Both the position numbers and the translations under genes were made by a program. Under the pieces are notes generated by a model that was not told the origin of the DNA, made no database searches, and saw only the letters and a program-made list of their open reading frames with translations. This document shows, in pieces, positions 50,597 to 57,812 of a DNA stretch of 57,812 nucleotides. The stretch is taken from the NCBI RefSeq assembly GCF_000485595.1, contig NW_014577064.1, forward strand, positions 748,885 to 806,696. Direction: 5' to 3'. This DNA comes from Priapulus caudatus (taxonomy: Eukaryota). Position 1 is the first letter of the stretch. Each line of letters starts with the position of its first letter.

Positions 50597-50992
50597 GTAA
50601 GCGGTGGCCGTATTCTTCCTCTTCGTTACTTTTGCAGCTCGCGTGCGATTCGGAGCCTCGAGAGAATGTACGGGCGCCAATTTCAGTGCTAGCACGTGTT
50701 CACATCAAGTAACGAATTAACGTGATCGACCAGTATACAAACTATAGACATAGTATCAAGAGTACATAATAGAGTACACTCTATTATGTACTCTTGATAG
50801 TATTATCTCACACACACACACACCTCACCCACATACATACATACATACATACATACATACATACATACATACATACATACATACATACATCGAGGGAATT
50901 TGGCTCGCACAACCCCCCCGCTCCCCATATCTATATTTATATAATATAATATATATAGATATAGTATATCCAATATAACATTATAATAGTAA

Positions 50993-53900
50993 AGAAATTC
51001 TCACTGTATTGCGACAAAGCATGCAATCACATATTATAATTATGATGAAATATTATAATAAAACAAATGTATAACAAACTATGTCTACATGCATGTAGCA
51101 TATATCAGCATGCATTACAACGTACTTTTAGCCCATATCTATAGCCTGTTTCAACGTCGGCAATCAACGTTGAAACAACGTTGATTGCCGACGTTGTTTC
51201 AAGGTTATTTCAATGCCGTTTGCCCGCTGGGTAGTTCTTGTAACATAATCCATGAAAAGCGTCAGCGGTGGATCATCTTGCGGATGATAATTGTTAGATG
51301 ACTTTAAAAATACCGCATTGTAATTAATGTAGAGCACGTTACTTGTAACGAATTAAAACGAGGAAAATATAAATAGGGAAATCATTGTTGCCCGCTAAGC
51401 GGTGCTGCGCGGACGAGAAAGGTATATAAGATCTAGTAAATGGTAAAGATTGTGTAAACACCAAGAATGTGATGAAAGTTCTGTGTCTGTACAACATATC
51501 TTTTTACGCAACTTTCTACTGTGACTAGTTAATACGATGGTTGTCTCTAGTGTGAGTGTGATTGTGACCAATTTGTCCAAAATAGAGGATTTCTCTTAAG
51601 CCTTGCGTATCTCTCTGTATGACGATACCGTAGAGAGAAAACAATAAGGCCGATCAGGTGTCTAAAGCGGCTGGTTCTCGCAACAAAATGCATACACCTA
51701 CTGTCAGGGCCGTACGCAGCAGGGGGGCAAGCAGGCCGGCCGGGGCAGTTGCCCCCCTAGAGTATGCCTTTTAATGGGACAAATGCTGTACATTTTTAGA
51801 AATAAAATAGAAATGTGACAAAAGGTTATCTTAAATCATCAAAGAAATATTACACTTTAAATAAAGAAATGTGAAATTGCGAAACTTTAGGGCACAGGGG
51901 GCATGGGGAGTACCTTTGCCCCTCTACAGAAAATTTCCTGAGTACGACCTTGCCTACTGTGAGCATACTTGCAGTAGAAAAACATCACGAAGTGTTCTCA
52001 TTGAGAAAAAAATGTGCTCTGAAGTAGTATATATATAATGATAGTATTATATAGAGCATTTTGAAAACTTTATCGGAGAAGGGTTTGGCGTATAGATACA
52101 CACAAAGTGTGTGAAGCGAAGCGACCGCGAGAACGCTAACAGTAGGCCTACGGCAGCGCAAATGGTTCCTGGAACGAAAACACTATATTTGTATGCTGAT
52201 TGCATAAATAATGTATATAACATATGATTTAACCAAATTTCACAATTTTGTACTGAATAAACATTGAATAATTATAAATTATAACTTGTTTTATCATACA
52301 AAAGAACTGTCAGAATCGGCAGCACCGCACATGCGCAATAGCACAACATACATTCGAGGGAATTGCTCCACAACCCCCCCTCCCACATATCCATATTCAT
52401 ATAATATAGATATATATAATATATACATATACATTCTAATTTAATACATTTATAGATGAATAAATGAACTTCACTTAGAGTAGTTATCCAGTACTATCAT
52501 CTGATTCGCAATCAAGCGGGGATCGGTTCCGAAAATGATGCTCACTACCGCAAAGGCATTAGAAAATCGTAATAATAAAAAATAGTAAATAAATAACACA
52601 AAGAATATGCAACATGTGGAGTATATTAATGGGGTTTTTACTCTTTGTGGGGTGGTCTTATCGAACTGCATAATCAAGCTTCCTTCATGCTTCCTTACAA
52701 GATAATGTCTTAAACAACACATGTATTGCGACGTGATCGAATAAACGACAATATTGCGATGACAACTTGCGTATGCTTTAGACAGCAGGTCTGTCTGAGC
52801 AAATTCCTAGGGGGGGGAGCAAATTTATAATTCAACTGTAATGATGAGTGACGGCGCAGCTCTGATCGACGTCCCTAGTGTGTAGGGTGGTCCTGAATCA
52901 GGCTTTTCGGATAAGTACCAGAAAAAGCACGTTAGTGTCATTTAAGATTATTACTAAGCTTATTATTTTTAATTTGGCTCAAAAATCTAGGGGCCACTCC
53001 CTCCCCTAAGCTAACGCCTGACAAGGAGGCGAGGGAGCTATAGAACGCTGCACAACATGGCAGCTATCCGTCGCCGCGACACGGTAGATCTTCGCCGCGA
53101 TCCAGAGAGGCAGATGAGTTTACAGAAGCGAAAATATTCCCATCAACGCTCCTAGAGAATGTTCCTTTGCAGTACCTGATTAACAAGCCGGTGGGTGGGA
53201 TTTTCTGCCTAGCGGTTAAACATTCCTTCGAATCGATACACGCCGACGTTACGTTGAGCGGGTATAGGCAATGTGCGGGGCCCGGGGTAATATCGTTTTA
53301 CAGATTCACCCTGACGACGATGCGCGAGCTACTGCGCCAGTAATACGAGAGGAAATGTCCGCGACATACCGTAAGTGATATCAGCCAAGCAGTACGGCAT
53401 CTAATCGGCTGCCCGTCGCGAGATGAGAGGTCATTACCGTACGATTTCATCAGCTGATTCTTCAGCTGACTAGACGGCATGTTGTCGCGAGCACGTAAGG
53501 TCGACGCCGCGAATGCGTCTGATCTCTACAAAAATATAAAAATTAAAGCCCTAAGAGATCAGCGCTCCGTCTGCGCGGACGCAATTGAATGCGACGAAGC
53601 GATCATAAAAGCAGGTAGGGAAGCGCGGCTTATGTTACCGGCAGTCGCCAACCGCTACGACGGATAAGCGGATTAGCTCCACCCGTGCAAGCGGGATAGA
53701 ACATGCTATGCTTCGTGCGTTCCGCTCCACCGACTAAAAGCTTCGGCTGCAGTCAGGATGGTAGCGCAGATGCGATCGTTCCATCGTAAAAGGGACAGGA
53801 CCGCTGCGTTCTGTTCACACGAGTTGGACTTGCGACAACTCACAGGTTCCTTCACAAGCGAGGCGCGCTATGAAGACAGTCACGATAGTCAGACGAGTAC

Positions 53901-54555
53901 AACAGAAGCTCACCGCGTCGCCAAGAAACTCGGCGCCAGCGACGCGAGCTTACGACTCGACGCAGCGCAAAAAGAAACACCTCATAATTGAACCGAGATG
54001 GACAGCATTGGAACGCGTAGCAAATGCGAATGGCGAGCCATGTCAAACAGAGAAGCAAGCGACGTCGCTCGGCTGCCGTATACAGCCGCATGGCGAAATC
54101 TAGCCCGTAGTGAACACGGCTGACTGCTACCTGCAAAATCATACGCGAGCACCATTTTCTGTATGGTATTCAGAATCATGTTAAGCGTAGGGCGTATTTT
54201 CCTCTTGCGTTACTTTTGCAGTCTCGCGTGCGATTTCGAGCCTAAAAACAAACACCCACCCCACCACCAAAGCATGAGTCATAGCCCGTCCACCCGCGAG
54301 TAGCGAAAGAGGAGGGCTCGTTTGACCCCAGAGGCATTCGAGAGAAGACCGGCGCCAATTTCAGTGCTTAGCACGTGTTATCATCAGTAAGAATTATCGT
54401 GATAGACCATATACAAACTAAGACAAGATCAAGAGACATAATAGATAACCTATTAATGTAGCTCTGATGTATATCTCACACACACACACAGGTCTCACCC
54501 AGCATACATACATACATACATACATACATACATACATACATACATACATACATAC
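50993..54555 (+). repeat. Indel-rich direct copy of ~47328-50890, including a frameshifted ro exon 1 at ~53589-54180
   Basis: Collinear throughout, with differences dominated by 1-nt indels. Confidence 0.9.
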
Positions 54556-54805
54556 ACGCGCGTGCGCACTCACGCACGCACGCAGGTACGCACGCACACA
54601 CACGCAAACAAACAAACACATGCACACACGCACGCTCTCACTCTCGCTCTCACTGGTATGATTACAATGATCGCTGTATTATCTAAATTATGTGAGCAAA
54701 GAGCTACAGGTTCATAACACCAATACCATATACCGTTAAACGCATGCACGAATGCGCGCGTCTTCAGATGTAATGCCAGTCACCAAAATTACAGTTTATC
54801 TACAG

Positions 54806-54899
54806 TTTCAAGGCGACGTCGGAAGGAACCGCGTCAGCGTCGACAGCGAACCACGTTCACCAGCGAACAGACGCTCAGTCTCGAGCTAGAGTTTCACAG
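54806..54899 (+). CDS. ro: rough homeobox exon: N-terminal arm and helix 1
   Basis: ctacag|[31 protein letters not shown]|gtaag. Matches the Rough-family homeodomain start ([22 protein letters not shown]). Confidence 0.92.
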
Positions 54900-55002
54900 G
54901 TAAGACATGTCCATGTCCACAGGTAACAGGTATGTTTACAGGTAAGACATGCACATGTCCACAGGTAACAGGTATGTTTACAGGTAAGACATGCACATGT
55001 CC
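54896..55002 (+). repeat. 42-bp tandem repeat (2.5 copies) spanning the ro exon/intron donor
   Basis: ACAGGTAAGACATG(TC/CA)CATGTCCACAGGTAACAGGTATGTTT starting at 54896, 54938 and 54980. Confidence 0.95.
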
Positions 55003-55266
55003 GCGATGTGACGCCGCCTCGCAGGCGCCACGTCCTTAATTCGGGTTCATAGGAGAAAATCGGCGCATATATACGATTGCAACTATACGTAAGAATGATG
55101 ATGCGTCGCTGCATGAAGCTAATACTAATCGTATCGTTATCGTAAGCAACGTTATCGTATCGTAATCTACAAACGACAACTATATTCTACAACGTATCGT
55201 TAACTGTTGCGAGACTGTCCGTGAGAGCTGTTTACCTATATAGTCAGTGTGTGTTACTCTGAGCAG

Positions 55267-55407
55267 GGCCGAGTACGTGTCGCGGGCGCGCAGGTTTGAG
55301 CTGGCCGAGACGCTGGACCTCACAGAGACTCAGATAAAGATCTGGTTCCAAAACCGCCGCGCGAAGGACAAACGTATTGAGAAAGCCCAAATTGATCACC
55401 AGATAAG
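55267..55407 (+). CDS. ro: rough homeobox exon: helices 2-3
   Basis: gagcag|[46 protein letters not shown]|gtaggc. RRFELAETL and [18 protein letters not shown] are diagnostic of Rough. Phase 2 joins the previous exon. Confidence 0.95.
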
Positions 55408-56899
55408 GTAGGCATGTGGATAAACTAGTTGATTGAGATATGTACACATCACACACGCATACACATGCACACACGCACACACACACGCGCACGCGCGCAC
55501 GCATAGAGAGGCAGCGAGACACACACAGACCCACACACTCACACAGACACACACGCACACGCAACACACACTATGGCGCGCGCAACACAACGACACATCA
55601 CACACACGATTGGCCAACACACACACTACGCCGCGCGCGGCGCCTGGGCCCTCGCTGACCACATCCCACAACCACACACACACACACACACACAGTCACC
55701 ACAGCACGACACACACACACCAGCACAGCACACACACACAACACGTCGCGCGCGGGCCGCGCACGCAAGTGGACGCACGGAGCGGCGCGCACGCACGCAC
55801 GCACAACACACACCACACGCACGCAGCCCAACAGCACGCACGGCACGTGACGCACGCACGCACGCGACGCAGCACGCACAACAGGCGTCACAGATTGCCC
55901 GCAGCACTACTCGCACGCACGCACGCACGAAGAGTTGAAGACGACGAATACAGAACTATAAGTGTTGAACAAGAAATAGCAGAAATTATAAACTGTGAAA
56001 AAGGTTGCCAGCTAGAAGCGTTCATATCTCAACTTATCTCTGTAAATATCTATATATAAACCCAAATGCGAGCATAGTCTGCGCGCTAACGCTGAGAAAA
56101 TTGCCGCCGGTGCCCTCGGTCAATCGCGTGCTCCTGCAAATCCTCACCCACCGAACATTAACACCGACGCTGCTTAAATGTTCTCTAAATGAGACATTAA
56201 ATTGCCTGTCTGTAATCGCTTGATTAATCGTCGCTGTAAATGATCCTAATGATATATATATCGGGGGCAATTTCCGTGCAATAAGGCCGCGTCGTTCAGC
56301 GCGTTTGATGAGTGGCGGCGTGGAGGCGGACGTGCGACCGGGACGCGCAGGTGCTTCTGCATACGCCGCAAACTTCGAACAATTCATTACGTTTGCGGCA
56401 GACTTCGCTCCGCCTCGAACGGTAGAGCGCCGCGGAGTCGTCTGTCGACTGAGTATTTAGCCCTCCCACTCTCTCCCAACGCACAAACAAACGCACCCGC
56501 ACGCGGACGCACGCACGCACGCGCACGCACGTACGCACACGCGCGCCAACACGAACAAATCTCTCTCCACAACTCAACCACTCTTCCTCAGGAATTCAAG
56601 CATAGAGAGCCGAAGTGACACGACACGTTCACATGACCACGTATGGTTCTAAACAGACTCCAGACTCGCATACTTTTTGTAGATTTTAAATGCCAGAATC
56701 TGAAAAGTATATCCATAGGAAGTTCTGAATATTCCCACTGTCGTTGTGTTTCATTTTCTCATCCATCTAAACAATTTTCATCTCACATCTTCCCTTTGAA
56801 GTTTCCATTTTGACAATTCAATGTGTGTATCATCAGGTTTGCTAAGATACCATGACCAATGTCATACCGTAGAAAACGAAACAGGCCATTACCGCAGGA

Positions 56900-57245
56900 G
56901 TAAAGTCCGATACCCCTCATAAGACTATTAGCAGTAAGGTTACAGTTCATGGATGTCTTCTTCTTTAACGCAATCTCTGAGGAAAAGAGGTTGCCTTTAT
57001 GAATAGTCAAACACTCTAAAACATATGTTAGCTGGTTTATTTATGCATATATCGATCAAAGAGATTTTGTCTCTCATCTGAATTAAATGACCTTGTCTAT
57101 GATAAGCTTGCTGATGGTGAAGCCAAGTCTTTTTGGAGAATTATTAAATGTAAAAAAACAGGGAAACTGATAACCCATCCCTTCTCCGCAGTGACGGCAT
57201 TTCCTATAACTATCAGTCCCCTGCATCGAAAGCTTGAGCTATCAA
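56900..57245 (+). mobile_element. Degenerate non-LTR retrotransposon (LINE ORF2, endonuclease-RT linker) fragment
   Basis: Frameshifted pieces PHKTISSKVTV / WMSSSLTQSLRKRGCLY / DKLADGEAKSFWRIIK / LRSDGISYNYQSPASKA follow the order of the PW...RKR...KxFWxxIK...KAxxLN linker of CR1/L2-like ORF2. Confidence 0.6.
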
Positions 57246-57772
57246 TTCAAGTTGGTTTCGTCTGCTATTCGTGCGATCTCTACTCCATGTGTCAAGTTTC
57301 TTTTGACGAGTAAAATTGTTATCTTTCTTAGCGGTGTGTGTTCGGTGCTTAAAACCATAACATTGTTTCTTTCATTCCATATTGGAATTCTCTTCCTACT
57401 TCTCTAGTTAATGATTAAATTAAAGCATTTCTCCAATAAGTTGCAATAGGTAACGAGGTTACCCCTAAACAGATATACTGCAGCGCACAGTATGCGCATA
57501 CAGTGTTTAGAACCAGACAGCGCGACATCATGGGTATGTCATTGCTTCGGCTTAAAAGAAAAACGTTTAAAACAATACGAGGAAGTAAGACACTGAAATG
57601 CTCGGATCGTAAACTTTAACCGCTAAACGTTACGTTCTTGATCAGGTTATTTCCTGGTGTTTGTTATTGAGCGCATAACACATTTTTATTGCACTATATA
57701 TTATGCCTCCTAATACTCTAGCTATTGACGCGACATGAACTGCACCGATAACAGTCGCTCACATTTGACATC

Positions 57773-57812
<40 letters not shown>

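Noticed and set aside
56299..56470. Candidate terminal exon of ro after gttcag
   Set aside because: Phase-compatible and open, but with a weak polypyrimidine tract and no recognisable similarity; not supportable.

Overview
Repeat-rich, intron-containing animal (invertebrate-like) genomic DNA from a draft assembly. It mixes clean sequence with indel-rich stretches that look like raw long reads, and several multi-kb segments occur twice. Most entries in the ORF track are microsatellite translations. Three gene systems are supported. (1) Two tandem plus-strand paralogues of a secreted chitin-deacetylase-like protein (signal peptide, CBM14 chitin-binding domain, half LDLa module, CE4/NodB domain) at ~3.7-5.8 kb and ~14.4-19.8 kb. 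Both lack the Asp-His-His metal triad, and the clean copy also lacks the catalytic His, so they look like pseudoenzymes. (2) The 5' six exons of a minus-strand CSAD/GADL1-type PLP decarboxylase (30.8 to 20.5 kb). Its remaining exons were not found in the window, so the deacetylase-like pair may be nested antisense in one of its introns. (3) A rough (ro) homeobox gene (exons at ~50.0, 54.8 and 55.3 kb) whose intra-homeodomain splice donor has been amplified into a 42-bp tandem repeat. The rest is MITEs, Helitron/Helentron-type elements, gypsy and LINE relics, mini- and microsatellites, and probable assembly duplications. I see no strong evidence for a wholly new system. The best candidate for novelty is the catalytically dead, partly homogenised and possibly nested deacetylase-like pair. 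All family assignments come from manual translation and motif recall; no searches were run.
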